DNA from: Candidatus Rokuibacteriota bacterium | Lineage (GTDB): Bacteria > Methylomirabilota > Methylomirabilia > Rokubacteriales > CSP1-6 | Length of the DNA: 64,000 bases | NCBI GenBank assembly: GCA_016200085.1 | Contig: JACQFL010000018.1 | Span: forward strand, 48,006 to 112,005 | Direction: 5' to 3' | Part shown: one piece after another, positions 21,829 to 31,787 of the stretch | Position numbering within the stretch: position 1 is the first letter of the stretch | Layout: the number at the start of each line of letters is the position of its first letter | The notes under the pieces: model-generated | The model's input: the letters and a program-made list of their open reading frames with translations, nothing else | The model's database searches: none | Told to the model about the DNA's origin: nothing | Position numbers and translations under genes: made by a program

Positions 21829-22367
21829 GGGGTCGCGAGGCCGCGCTTGGCGACCAGCGCGGTGAGCTCGACGGTGATCGGCGTGCCCGTGAGCATGCCG
21901 GTGGCGACGAGGGGCGTGTAGGTGACCCGGACCCGCACGACCCGCAGGTCGGGGTCCGAGATCTGCTGCGCTCCGGTCCCCGAGCACAGCGCGGTGAAGG
22001 TGCCGTTGTTGCAGTTGAAGACGCGGGTGGTGCGCGCGTAGCCGGCGAAGCCCGTGACGTCGGTCTCGTCGTCGCCGAACGTCTTGTAGTTGTTCGGGTG
22101 ATTGTTGCAGGTGTCCGATGTGGGCACGTTGCTGGCGTTGCTCGACGTGCCGAGGCAGTCGGTGCCGGGGGTGTCCGTCCACACCGCGCCGCGCGCTTGC
22201 TCGAGACGCTCCTGGGCGAGGAACGTGGCGACGGAGAGCTGGTTGCCGATCTGGACGCCCGAGACGCCGAAGGGCACCACGCTGGCCAGGCCGACGAGCG
22301 CGATGGCGATGACCGCCGTCGCGACCATGACCTCGGCGAGGGTGAAGCCGCGCGGATCGCCGGTCAC
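21825..22367 (-). CDS. PilV-like minor pilin (copy 2)
   Basis: C-terminal about 180 aa of the 360-aa track ORF; ..DPRGFTLAEVMVATAVIAIALVGL..; GTG start in a GTGA overlap with the upstream stop. Confidence 0.7.
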   Translation of the reverse strand: MTGDPRGFTLAEVMVATAVIAIALVGLASVVPFGVSGVQIGNQLSVATFLAQERLEQARGAVWTDTPGTDCLGTSSNASNVPTSDTCNNHPNNYKTFGDDETDVTGFAGYARTTRVFNCNNGTFTALCSGTGAQQISDPDLRVVRVRVTYTPLVATGMLTGTPITVELTALVAKRGLATP

Positions 22368-22843
22368 GGGCCGATGGACACCCGGCCGGAGACGGCCACG
22401 ATCACCGACAGCGTCTGGGACGTCGTGGTGTTCTGCACGGTGTAGGTCCCGCCGGGGGACGCGGCTCCGAGGTTGGTGAACTGCACGGACGCGCCCGGGT
22501 ACGCGCTGATGATGATGCTGTTGTTCAAGCCCGTCCACCCGTTCGTGTCCGACGTGAGGGCCGTCCACGGCGTGGTGCCGATCATGACCTGGAACTTGCC
22601 GGCGGTGCCCCCGCTGCCGCCGTTGACGGTCACCGTCTGGTTCTGGCGGATGGCCAGGGCCCGGGCCGTGTTGAGGATCGACGCCAGCTCCTGGGCGCCG
22701 CTCTTCACCATCGACGTCTGCCAGTAGTTGGTGAACGTGGCCATGGCGGTGACCGTGATGACGGCGGTGATGCCGACGACGATGACCAGCTCGATCAGGG
22801 TGAACCCCCGAGCGTTTATCTGGCGAAGGCGGCCAGCCACCAT
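22364..22843 (-). CDS. FimT/FimU (GspH-like) pseudopilin
   Basis: C-terminal 159 aa of the 369-aa track ORF; MVAGRLRQINARGFTLIELVIVVGITAV; GGAGGAG Shine-Dalgarno 4 nt before the ATG. Confidence 0.65.
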   Translation of the reverse strand: MVAGRLRQINARGFTLIELVIVVGITAVITVTAMATFTNYWQTSMVKSGAQELASILNTARALAIRQNQTVTVNGGSGGTAGKFQVMIGTTPWTALTSDTNGWTGLNNSIIISAYPGASVQFTNLGAASPGGTYTVQNTTTSQTLSVIVAVSGRVSIGP

Positions 22844-23577
22844 ACGGCTCCTCCCGGGGCGAGGGCACGAGACCCCCATAATAGTGCGGCGGCTCCTCCG
22901 GAGGCAAGGCACGGCCCGAACGGGATCGGGTCCTTCCGGCCCTTGCGGCCGGACACGAGCAGGGCCGTGGCGACGGCGCCGCCGAGCACGACGGCCACGA
23001 ACAGCGCGAACAGCCCGGCGCGCCAGCCCAGGAAGGCCCCCAGCATGGCCGCCAGCTTCATGTCGCCGCCCCCCATGCCCCCGCCGCTGGCCAGGATGAT
23101 CGCGAGGAAGATCCCGCCGCAGACGGCCGCGCCGATCAGCGCGTCGCTCCAGGCGACGCGGCGCGTGATCACGTTGGCGAGAACCCCCACGACGATGCCG
23201 GGCAGCGTGATGACGTCGGGGATGAGCTGGTGCGTCAGGTCGATCCCGGTGATCGCGACGAGCGCCGCGAGCAGCGCCAGGGCGACGGGCAGCTGCGCGC
23301 TCCAGCCGAACGTCGCCCACGCCAGCGCGAAGAGCGCGGCGGTCGCGGCCTCGACGATCGGATAGCGGGGCGAGATGGGCGCCTCGCACGCCCGGCAGCG
23401 GCCGCCGAGCGCGAGGAAGGACAGGAGCGGGATGTTGTCGAACCAGGCGATCGTCGCGCCGCAGACCGGGCACGCCGAGCGCGGGCGCACCAGGCTCCGG
23501 CCTTCGGGCAGCCGGGCGATGACGACGTTCAGGAAGCTGCCGACCAGCAGCCCGAGCACGACGATGGGCAGCATCAT
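22816..23577 (-). CDS. pilD: prepilin peptidase PilD (A24 family)
   Basis: MMLPIVVLGLLVGSFLNVV.. with CPVCG..CRAC zinc-binding cysteines and polytopic peptidase domain; an alternative start 12 codons upstream is possible. Confidence 0.85.
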   Translation of the reverse strand: MMLPIVVLGLLVGSFLNVVIARLPEGRSLVRPRSACPVCGATIAWFDNIPLLSFLALGGRCRACEAPISPRYPIVEAATAALFALAWATFGWSAQLPVALALLAALVAITGIDLTHQLIPDVITLPGIVVGVLANVITRRVAWSDALIGAAVCGGIFLAIILASGGGMGGGDMKLAAMLGAFLGWRAGLFALFVAVVLGGAVATALLVSGRKGRKDPIPFGPCLASGGAAALLWGSRALAPGGAVWWLAAFAR

Positions 23578-23779
23578 GGCGCGATCATTGCCGCCCGGCG
23601 TGCAGTCCATGTGGCGGGCATCGCGACAGGCAACGGACCCCCTCGTGAGCGCAAGCACTCCCCCCACTCCACGGGCTGTCATCGGCGTGTCCGAGGCCCT
23701 TGCGGAGGCCCCGCCGGCAGGTTTTCCCCGGCCGGCTACCCCGTCCGTGCCCGATCGGCACGGAGCGGCCGGTCCGGGA

Positions 23780-25747
23780 CTACCAGCGCTCCAGGAACAC
23801 GGGGGCCACGAAGCCGGCAAGCCGGCCGTCGAGGCTCTGCAGCTTCTCCCACTGCGCTCGCGCCTGCTCCTCGCGGCCGGTCGCCGCGTAGGCGAGCGCC
23901 AGGCCCACGCGGGCCGGCGCGCTCTCGGGGCTGACCCCCAGGGAGCGCTCGAAGTACGGCACCGCCCGGTCCGGCCGTCCCGCGGCCGAATAGGTGAATC
24001 CGATGTTGGCGAGGAGCACCGGCTGATCGGGCTGCAGGCGCTCCGCCGCCTGCAGCTTCGCCAGCGCCTCGTCGTAGCGCTTCAGGTACAGCAGGATCAC
24101 GCCGACGTTCTGCATCAGCTCGGCGCTGTTCGGCTTTCGCCGCAGGAGGCTCTCGAAGTGCGCCAGCGCGGCGTCGAACTCTCCCAGGTTGCCGAGCGTG
24201 ATGGCCAGGTTGCTCTCGCCCTTGTCGCGGTCGGGCCGCAGCTCCATCACCCGCTCGAAGTGGCCCCGGGCGAGCACGTAGAAGCCCTGGTTGTAGAGGA
24301 GGACGCCGAGGTTCGTCCGGCAGATGGAGCAGGTCGGCTCCGTCTCGAGCGAGTAGCGCCAGAGGCTGTCGTCGTCCTTCCACACCTGGACCTGTTGCCA
24401 CGTGAGGATCGCCAGGCCGATGGTCGCGAAGGCGAGCGCCGCCGCGGCGAGGCGCGCGATGACGGGCCGCACGACCTCGGCGCGCGCGAGCGTCACCAGC
24501 CCGCCGACCGCCGCGCCGAGGAGCAGCGCCCAGCTCATGCACGGCAGGTAGCTGTAGCGGTCGTGGGTGAGCTGGTAGCCCGAGTGCACGACACCGCTGA
24601 CCGGCGCGAGGGTGACGACGTAGAAGGCGGCGGCCGCGAGCCCGCCCGGCAGCGCGCGCCGCAGCGCGAGCACCAGCGCCGCGATCGACAGCACCGCGAT
24701 CATGGCGGACAGGAACGGCCAGTCGCGCAGGTGGATCGTCGCGGGCAGCTCGTGCAGCGGCGACAGCCCCGTCGGCACGATCGTCTTCCAGAGGTAGAAC
24801 CAGTAACTGTAGAAGACCATGCCCACGCGCGCGCTCGGCGGGTACTTCTGGAGCGACGTCACGTAGTGATTGGACGCCTGGGCCCAGTAGCCGACGGCCG
24901 CGCCCAGGAGGCCGAGGGCGAGGAAGGGCACCTTCTCCCGCCACACCGCGCGCGCGGCGGGCGACGCGAGCTGGCGCCAGTCGGTGGGCAGGCGACGGAG
25001 CGGGTAGAAGTCCATGATGATCAGCGCGAGCGGCAGGGTCATCACCATGGACTTGGAGGCCAGCCCGAGCACGAAGCAGCCGGCCACCGCCACGAGCAGG
25101 CGCCGGCGCCGCCCGCCGTCCGCGTCGACCGCCTTGAGGTAGGCGAGTACGGCGAGCAGGAAGAACATCCCCGACAGCACGTCGCGCCGCTCCGTCGCCC
25201 ACGCGACCGATTCGGCGCGGAGCGGGTGGACGGCGAAGAAGAAGGCGGTGGCGGCGGCGGCCAGCCGCAGCGCCCCGGCCTCGAGGCGCAGGGCGCGGCC
25301 GAGCAGCCGCAGCGCCACGAAGTACATCAGGGCCGCGTTGACGGCGTGGAGCACGACGCTCCAGAGGTGATAGCCCATCGGCTTCATCCCCCAGAGCGTG
25401 TAGTCGAGCCCGAAGGTCAGCCAGGTCAGGGGGATGTAGTGGCCCATCAAGACGGTGGAGAACATCCAGCGGATGTTCCGCCAGCCCAGGCCCCGGAAGT
25501 CCTGGTTGTCGAGGAAATTGATGCGATCGTCCCACTCCACGAAGCCGTGCCACAGGGTCTCGGAGAAGGCAAGGAAGGTCACCACGGTCAGGGCAACCGG
25601 GATCGCGCGCGTGACCCGGGCATCGGCGGCGAGCCGTCGCAGCAGCCGTCCGACGGCCGGCGCCGCCGCGCGCTCGGCGGCGGGGACGATCAGCTGATCC
25701 GTCGACGACATCGAAACCTCGTGAGCAGGAGTGGCCATTCGTTCCAA
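23780..25747 (-). CDS. TPR-repeat membrane protein, TMTC/PMT-like (putative glycosyltransferase family)
   Basis: 655 aa; multi-TM N-domain containing ..VHPLRAESVAWATERRDVLSGMFFLL.. and C-terminal TPR repeats. Confidence 0.6.
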   Translation of the reverse strand: MERMATPAHEVSMSSTDQLIVPAAERAAAPAVGRLLRRLAADARVTRAIPVALTVVTFLAFSETLWHGFVEWDDRINFLDNQDFRGLGWRNIRWMFSTVLMGHYIPLTWLTFGLDYTLWGMKPMGYHLWSVVLHAVNAALMYFVALRLLGRALRLEAGALRLAAAATAFFFAVHPLRAESVAWATERRDVLSGMFFLLAVLAYLKAVDADGGRRRRLLVAVAGCFVLGLASKSMVMTLPLALIIMDFYPLRRLPTDWRQLASPAARAVWREKVPFLALGLLGAAVGYWAQASNHYVTSLQKYPPSARVGMVFYSYWFYLWKTIVPTGLSPLHELPATIHLRDWPFLSAMIAVLSIAALVLALRRALPGGLAAAAFYVVTLAPVSGVVHSGYQLTHDRYSYLPCMSWALLLGAAVGGLVTLARAEVVRPVIARLAAAALAFATIGLAILTWQQVQVWKDDDSLWRYSLETEPTCSICRTNLGVLLYNQGFYVLARGHFERVMELRPDRDKGESNLAITLGNLGEFDAALAHFESLLRRKPNSAELMQNVGVILLYLKRYDEALAKLQAAERLQPDQPVLLANIGFTYSAAGRPDRAVPYFERSLGVSPESAPARVGLALAYAATGREEQARAQWEKLQSLDGRLAGFVAPVFLERW

Positions 25748-25806
25748 CGCCCGGGAGCGCCGATCAGGCGTCCCGGGCGTTGAGGTTCAGCGTGGCGATC
25801 TGATGC

Positions 25807-26220
25807 TTACGGCACCGAGGCGGTGGCGCCGTCGCCCGAGGCCGAGATCGTGAAGAAGCCGCCCGTCGCGGTGCCGAAGCCGTAACCGCCCGCCGGGGTC
25901 CAGCCCGTCGGAACGGACGGGATGGCTGCGATGAACGGACCCGCCGTTTGCCCCTGACCGTTGGAGGCGGTCGTGGTCAGCTGTCCCAGCGCCGTGGCGG
26001 TGATGCCGGTGTGGGCCGAGTAGATGGTGATGGCCGACGCCATCGACCGGACGTCCGCCTGGGCCTTGGCGATGCGCGCCCGGGCCTGGACGGCGTTGTA
26101 CAGCGGGATCGCGATGGCCGCGAGAATGCCGATGATGGCCACGACGATCATGAGCTCGACCAGCGTGAAACCACGCCGGTTGCCGAGCCTGAACCGCGAC
26201 TTCCTCCAGAACTCGCTCAT
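25807..26220 (-). CDS. pilA: type IV major pilin PilA
   Basis: 137 aa; leader MSEFWRKSRFRLGNRRG then mature FTLVELMIVVAIIGILAAIAIP; AGGAGG Shine-Dalgarno about 8 nt upstream of the ATG; Ser/Thr/Gly-rich C-terminus. Confidence 0.85.
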   Translation of the reverse strand: MSEFWRKSRFRLGNRRGFTLVELMIVVAIIGILAAIAIPLYNAVQARARIAKAQADVRSMASAITIYSAHTGITATALGQLTTTASNGQGQTAGPFIAAIPSVPTGWTPAGGYGFGTATGGFFTISASGDGATASVP

Positions 26221-26280
26221 TTGTGTTCCTCCTACCTCCGTGGGAATTTGTCCACCAGCTTGGTCTGGGAGCGCACGAGG

Positions 26281-26300
26281 ATACAGCACGGTTCGTGCCA
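26281..26300 (-). promoter_or_regulatory. sigma-54 (-24/-12) promoter candidate upstream of pilA
   Basis: minus strand reads TGGCAC-gaacc-GTGCT, matching TGGCAC-N5-TTGCW at 15/16 positions, about 60 nt upstream of the pilA ATG and next to pilR. Confidence 0.6.
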
Positions 26301-26406
26301 CGGGCGTAGACCTTACCCGAGCTTATGAATCAATGTGTTGTGCGGTGCTCTACCGACGCGAGATCCTTGCGTTGACGGATTATGGCGAGGGAGGTGACAA
26401 AAAACG

Positions 26407-27825
26407 TCAGCTGCCTGGCGAGGGAGCCTCCGAGGCCCGCTCGAGATCCGGCGAGGGCCGCACGTTGTGCTTCTGCAGCTTGTAGCGCAGCTGCCGGAAA
26501 CTCAGCCGCAGCAGCTCCGCCGCGCGCGTCTGCACGCCGCCGGTGCGGCCGAGCGCCATCTTGATGAGCTGGTGCTCGAGGCGGTCGAGCGTCGCGTCGA
26601 GATCGAGCCCGCCGTCGGGGATCTCGATGGCGAAGTCCGGCACGTCCCTCGTGCGGCGGACGCTCGGCGGCAGCGCGTCGGGGCCGACCATGTCCGACCC
26701 GCCGAGGACGATGGCGCGCTCGATCGCGTTCTCCAGCTCCCGGATGTTGCCCGGCCAGTGGTAGTGCTCGAGCAGGCCGAGCGCCTCCGGGGTGATGCCG
26801 CGCATGTCCTTGCCGGATTCCTTGGAGAGCTTCTTCAAGAAATGCGCGACGAGGACCGGGATGTCGTCCCGGCGGTCGCGCAGCGGCGCCAGATGCACGG
26901 GAATGACGTGGAGGCGGTAGAAGAGGTCCTCGCGCAGCAGCCCTTCGCCCACCGCCTTCTCGAGGTCGCGGTTGGATGCCGCGATGACGCGCACGTCGAC
27001 CTTGATGTCCTTGGTGTCCCCGACCCGCCGGACCTCGCGCTGCTGCAGCACCCGCAGCAGCTTGACCTGGAGCGACGCGGGGATCTCGGTGATCTCGTCG
27101 AGGAACAGGGTGCCACCGTCCGCGGCCGAGAACAGGCCCTGGGCGTTGGCCACCGCGCCGGTGAACGAGCCGCGCACGTGCCCGAAGAGCTCAGACTCCA
27201 TCAGGGCCTCGGGGATGGCGCCGCAGTTGACGGAGACGAAGGGGCCGTCGCGCCGGGCGCTCTCGTAGTGGATGGCCCGGGCCACCAGTTCCTTGCCGGT
27301 GCCGCTCTCGCCCGTGATCATCACCGTCGAGGTGGACTCCGCCGTCTTGCGGATCATCTCCATCACCTCGAGGATCGGCGCGCTCTTGCCGATGAGGTTC
27401 TCGATGCCGCGCTCGCGGCGCAGCGCGCGCTTGAGGGCGACGTTCTCGTCCTGCAGCCGCTTGCGCTCGAGGGCGTTGCCGATGATCAGGCGCATCTCCT
27501 CGAGCTTGAACGGCTTGGTGATGTAGTCGTAGGCGCCGACCTTCATGGCCTGCACGGCCGTCTCCGCGGAGGCGAAGGCCGTGATCACGAGCACGGCGGT
27601 GCTCGGCGAGGTCTCCTTCACCGCCTTGAGCACGGCGAGGCCGTCCACCTTGCGCATCCTCAGATCCGTGATGACGAGGTCGAAGGCCTCGCGCTTGAGG
27701 ATCTCGATGGCGCGCTCGCCGCCGTCGGCGAGGGTCAGGTCGTACCCGTCCTGGGTCAGGGCGATGCCCAGGAGCTCCCGCATGCTCCGCTCGTCGTCGA
27801 CGACCAGGACGCGACCCGTCGGCAT
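26407..27825 (-). CDS. pilR: sigma-54-dependent two-component response regulator PilR
   Basis: 472 aa: receiver domain (VLVVDDE..D..), AAA+ sigma54-interaction domain ([14 protein letters not shown]-like), C-terminal Fis-type HTH. Confidence 0.9.
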   Translation of the reverse strand: MPTGRVLVVDDERSMRELLGIALTQDGYDLTLADGGERAIEILKREAFDLVITDLRMRKVDGLAVLKAVKETSPSTAVLVITAFASAETAVQAMKVGAYDYITKPFKLEEMRLIIGNALERKRLQDENVALKRALRRERGIENLIGKSAPILEVMEMIRKTAESTSTVMITGESGTGKELVARAIHYESARRDGPFVSVNCGAIPEALMESELFGHVRGSFTGAVANAQGLFSAADGGTLFLDEITEIPASLQVKLLRVLQQREVRRVGDTKDIKVDVRVIAASNRDLEKAVGEGLLREDLFYRLHVIPVHLAPLRDRRDDIPVLVAHFLKKLSKESGKDMRGITPEALGLLEHYHWPGNIRELENAIERAIVLGGSDMVGPDALPPSVRRTRDVPDFAIEIPDGGLDLDATLDRLEHQLIKMALGRTGGVQTRAAELLRLSFRQLRYKLQKHNVRPSPDLERASEAPSPGS

Positions 27826-27830
27826 GGCGC

Positions 27831-29456
27831 TCAGGCCTCCCGGCCCGGCAAGGAGAGGGTGAAGGTGGTGCCCGTGCCAGGCTCCGAGCGCAGGTCGATC
27901 TCGCCGTCGTGGTCATGCACGATGCGATGCACGAGGGCGAGCCCCAGCCCGCTGCCGTCCGGCTTCGTGGAGAAGAACGGCTCGAAGAGCTGCCCGAGCT
28001 CGTCGGGGGCGATCCCTTCGCCGGTGTCGGCGACCTGCACCTCCATGCGCCCGCCGCGCACGGTCGCCGACACGCGCAGCTCGCCCCCCTCGGGCATGGC
28101 GTCCACCGCGTTCAGGCACAGGTTCCAGACGGCCTGCCGGAACTGCTGGGCGTCGATCGGCCAGCGCAGGGCGCGCGGGAAGTCGCGCACGATCTTGAGC
28201 CCCGGGGGCAGCGCGCGGTGCTCCAGGAGCAGCAGGATGTCGTCGAGCGCCTCGCCCACGTCGACGCTGGTGATCGACAGCGGCGCCGGTCGCGCGTACT
28301 CCAGGAAATTCTTGATGATCTCGTTGAGACGGTCCGACTCGCGGAGCACGATCTGCACGAGCCGCTCCCGCTCGCTCTCCGGCACCGCCCTGCTCGTCAG
28401 GGCCTCGATCGCCCCCGTGAGGGAGGCGATGGGGTTCCGGATCTCGTGCGCGATGTTGGCGGCCATGCGGCCGAGCATGGCCAGGCGGTCCGCGTGACGG
28501 ACGCGGGCTTCCATCTCGCGCAGGCTGGACAGGTTCTCGACCACGACGAGGATGCCCAGGCGCGTGCCGTCGGCGGCCCGCAGCGGCGAGAAGCTCAGGC
28601 GCACGGGCACGACGCTGCCGTCCGGCCGTCTCAGGTCCAGCTCGTGGCGCGGCGGGGTCCGGGGCGCGTCGGCCAGGGCGGCCTCGACCGCGGACACCGA
28701 CACCGCGGGACCGAAGACCGTCGACCACAGCCGGCCGATGGCCTGCGGGGTGGGGACGCCCACGATCTCCTCGGCGGCATGGTTGAAGGCGGTGATGGTC
28801 TGGCGGCGGTCCAGGGCCACCAGGCCCGCCTCCACCGAGTCGAAGATGACATCGCGGAACGCCTGGAGGTTTCCGAGGTCCTTGCGCTGGCTCTCCAGCT
28901 CCCGCGAGGCGGCCCGGATCCGCTCGGCCAGCGCGCTGACCGCGATGGCCACGAACAGGAACGTCCCCGCGTGCAGCAGGATCGTGAGCACTTCGAGGGC
29001 GGTGGTCGTCGCCGGCGTCTCCACGAATGCGAGCACCGGCATCACCGTGCGGCCCATGACCACGCTCACGTAGAGCCCGCCCGCGGTGGACGCCACGATC
29101 AGCCCGCCCCGCCCCGGGAGCAGCATGCAGGCGGCGATGATCGACATGACGTACATGGAGCTGAAGAGGGACCGCCCGATGCCGGTCGCGGCGACCACCG
29201 CCGTGATGAGCACGACGTCCAGCACGCAGACCAGCCAGACGGTGCGGCGCGACTTGCCCGCCACCCAGGGCAGGAGCCCCGCGCCCGCGCAGGTGGCGAC
29301 GGCGAGGAACAGGAAGGTGAGCAGGCTCGGCTGCAGCCCCGGCGTCACGGTGGCGGGCGACAGCGCACCGGCGCCGAGCAGGACGGCGGCCAGGGCGAGG
29401 CGCACCCAGGAGCAGCCCCGCAGGAGCGCGCTGAGGTTGAAGCCCCCGACGATCAC
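27831..29456 (-). CDS. pilS: sensor histidine kinase PilS
   Basis: C-terminal about 540 aa of the 888-aa track ORF: N-terminal TM segments, PAS-like region, HisKA (HEIRNP) and HATPase domains. GTG start inferred in a GTGA overlap with the pilC stop. Confidence 0.75.
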   Translation of the reverse strand: MIVGGFNLSALLRGCSWVRLALAAVLLGAGALSPATVTPGLQPSLLTFLFLAVATCAGAGLLPWVAGKSRRTVWLVCVLDVVLITAVVAATGIGRSLFSSMYVMSIIAACMLLPGRGGLIVASTAGGLYVSVVMGRTVMPVLAFVETPATTTALEVLTILLHAGTFLFVAIAVSALAERIRAASRELESQRKDLGNLQAFRDVIFDSVEAGLVALDRRQTITAFNHAAEEIVGVPTPQAIGRLWSTVFGPAVSVSAVEAALADAPRTPPRHELDLRRPDGSVVPVRLSFSPLRAADGTRLGILVVVENLSSLREMEARVRHADRLAMLGRMAANIAHEIRNPIASLTGAIEALTSRAVPESERERLVQIVLRESDRLNEIIKNFLEYARPAPLSITSVDVGEALDDILLLLEHRALPPGLKIVRDFPRALRWPIDAQQFRQAVWNLCLNAVDAMPEGGELRVSATVRGGRMEVQVADTGEGIAPDELGQLFEPFFSTKPDGSGLGLALVHRIVHDHDGEIDLRSEPGTGTTFTLSLPGREA

Positions 29457-30661
29457 TTGAACAGGGTGACGAGCCGGAAGATCGGAAGGTAGAGGGCGAC
29501 CACGAGCCCACCGACGACCACGCCGAGGATGACGATCATCAGCGGCTCGATGAGCGAGGTCATCACGGTCACCGCGTCGTCGACCTCCTCTTCGTAGAAG
29601 TCGGCGATCTTCGTCAGCATCTGGTCGAGCGCGCCGGTCTGCTCGCCGACGTTGATCATCTGCGTGACCATCGGCGGGAACACCGACGACGCGCGGAGCG
29701 GATCGGCCACCGTCCGGCCGGCCGTGACCGCCGCGCGCGCCTGCATCACGGCGCCCTCGACGACCCGGTTGCCGGACGTCTTGGCGGTGATGCGCAGGCC
29801 TTCCAGGATGGGGACGCCGCAGGCGATGAGCGTGCCGAGCGTGCGGGTGAAGCGCGCGATGGAGACCTTCTTGAGCAGCGGGGCCAGGATGGGCAGCCGC
29901 AGCAGGATGGTGTCGATGGCCAGGCTGCCCTTGTCGGTGGCGTAGTAGCGCCGGAGCCCGAAGGCGCCGCCGCCGGCGGCGGCGACGATGAGCAGGATGT
30001 AGGTCCGGGTGAAATCCGAGAGCCACACCACGATCTGGGTCGGCAGGGGCAGGTCGGTGTTCAGGTTCTTGAACATGTTGGCGAAGGTCGGGATGATGAA
30101 CGTCATCATGAAGATGACCACGATCCCGGCCACGCTGAAAATGGTGATCGGGTACACCATCGCGCCCTTCACCTTGCGGCGCAGGGAGGCGGCCTTCTCG
30201 ATGTAGGTCGACAGGCGCTGCAGCACCACGTCGAGCGCACCGCCCGTCTCGCCGACCTGCAGCATGTTGACGAACAGCTCGTTGAAGACCTTCGGGTGCT
30301 TCCGGAAGGACTCGGCCAGCGTCCGCCCGCCCTCCACGTCCTGCGCCACCTTGCCCGTCACCTCGCGGAGCTTGGGGGAGTCGCCCTGCTCGGCGAGGAT
30401 GGCCAGACACTGCGCCACGGGCAGGCCCGCGTTGACCATCGTGGCGAACTGCCGCGTGTAGATGGCGAGGTCCTTGTCCTTGACCTTGCTGCCCCACAGG
30501 GCCACCGAGAAGCCCGCGCCGCGCTCCCGGCGCTGGGAGATCGAGGTGGCGACGACGCCCCGCGCGCGCAGCTGCTGGACGGCCGCCGTGCGATCGGCCG
30601 CCTCGATCTGCCCGGCCACGGCGCCGGAGACGGCGCGGCCCTTGTACGCGAAGACGCTCAT
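29453..30661 (-). CDS. pilC: type IV pilus platform protein PilC
   Basis: 402 aa GspF/PilC family with two repeated domains. Confidence 0.9.
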   Translation of the reverse strand: MSVFAYKGRAVSGAVAGQIEAADRTAAVQQLRARGVVATSISQRRERGAGFSVALWGSKVKDKDLAIYTRQFATMVNAGLPVAQCLAILAEQGDSPKLREVTGKVAQDVEGGRTLAESFRKHPKVFNELFVNMLQVGETGGALDVVLQRLSTYIEKAASLRRKVKGAMVYPITIFSVAGIVVIFMMTFIIPTFANMFKNLNTDLPLPTQIVVWLSDFTRTYILLIVAAAGGGAFGLRRYYATDKGSLAIDTILLRLPILAPLLKKVSIARFTRTLGTLIACGVPILEGLRITAKTSGNRVVEGAVMQARAAVTAGRTVADPLRASSVFPPMVTQMINVGEQTGALDQMLTKIADFYEEEVDDAVTVMTSLIEPLMIVILGVVVGGLVVALYLPIFRLVTLFK

Positions 30662-30665
30662 GGCC

Positions 30666-31775
30666 TCACCGCTCCGGCACCAGCACGGCGCCCATCCGCG
30701 GGAAGGCGGTCTCGGGGTAGCCGAGCATCCGGGCCAGCTCGTCCTGCAGCATGGACTGGCCGAAGGCGTGCTCCGGAGTGATCCGGCGCTTGCGCACGAG
30801 CTCGGCGAGCGAGTGGTTCATCGTCTGCATCCCGAACTTCTGGCCCGCCTGGATAGCGGAATAGATCTGGTGGATCTTGCCCTCCCGGATCATGTTGCGG
30901 ATGGCCGGGGTGCTCACCATCACCTCCAGGGCCATCACGCGGCCGCCGCCCGTGCGGGGGATCAGGGACTGGGAGAGCACGCCTTCGACGACGAGCGAGA
31001 GCTGGGAGCGTACCTGCGCCTGCTGGGCGGGGGGGAACACGTCGATGATGCGGTGGATGGTCTGCGCGCAGGAGTTGGTGTGCAGGGTGGCCAGGGTGAG
31101 CCGCCCCGCTTCGGCCAGCGTCAGCGCCGCCGAGATGGTCTCGAGGTCCCGCATCTCGCCGATGAGCACGACGTCCGGATCCTGCCGGAGGATGGAGCGC
31201 AGGGCGTTCTTGAACGAGTGCGTGTCGGCGAAGATCTCCCGCTGGTTGACGATGCCCTTCTTGTGCGGGTGGATGAACTCGATGGGGTCCTCGATGGTGA
31301 CGATGTGCGAGCTGCGCTCGGTGTTGATCTTGTCGAGCATGGCGGCCAGGGTGGTCGACTTGCCGGACCCGGTCGCGCCGGTGACCAGGATGAGGCCCTT
31401 GGGCCGGTCGGCCAGCTGCTCGACGATGGGCGGCAGCTCGAGCTCCTGGAACGAGCGGATCTTGTAGGGCAGCACGCGGATGGCCGCGCCCACGGCGCCG
31501 CGCTGGAAGTAGATGTTGCAGCGGAAGCGCGCCAGGCCCTGGATGCCGAACGAGAAGTCGAGCTCGTGCTCCTCCTCGAACTGCTGCTTCTGCACCTCGG
31601 AGAGCATGCTGTAGGCCAGCCGTTGCGTCTCCTGCGGCGTGAGCGGGTCGTACTCGATGAGGCGGGTGAGGGTGCCGTTGACCCGGAGCAGCGGGCAGCT
31701 CCCGCTGGTGAGGTGCAGGTCGGAGGCGCCGCGGCCCACCATGAGGCGCAGGAGATCGGTGATGTCGACGGCCAT
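30666..31775 (-). CDS. pilT: twitching motility retraction ATPase PilT
   Basis: 369 aa, Walker A GATGSGKST, PilT-type secretion ATPase. Confidence 0.95.
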   Translation of the reverse strand: MAVDITDLLRLMVGRGASDLHLTSGSCPLLRVNGTLTRLIEYDPLTPQETQRLAYSMLSEVQKQQFEEEHELDFSFGIQGLARFRCNIYFQRGAVGAAIRVLPYKIRSFQELELPPIVEQLADRPKGLILVTGATGSGKSTTLAAMLDKINTERSSHIVTIEDPIEFIHPHKKGIVNQREIFADTHSFKNALRSILRQDPDVVLIGEMRDLETISAALTLAEAGRLTLATLHTNSCAQTIHRIIDVFPPAQQAQVRSQLSLVVEGVLSQSLIPRTGGGRVMALEVMVSTPAIRNMIREGKIHQIYSAIQAGQKFGMQTMNHSLAELVRKRRITPEHAFGQSMLQDELARMLGYPETAFPRMGAVLVPER

Positions 31776-31787
31776 GCTGCCAGTCTC

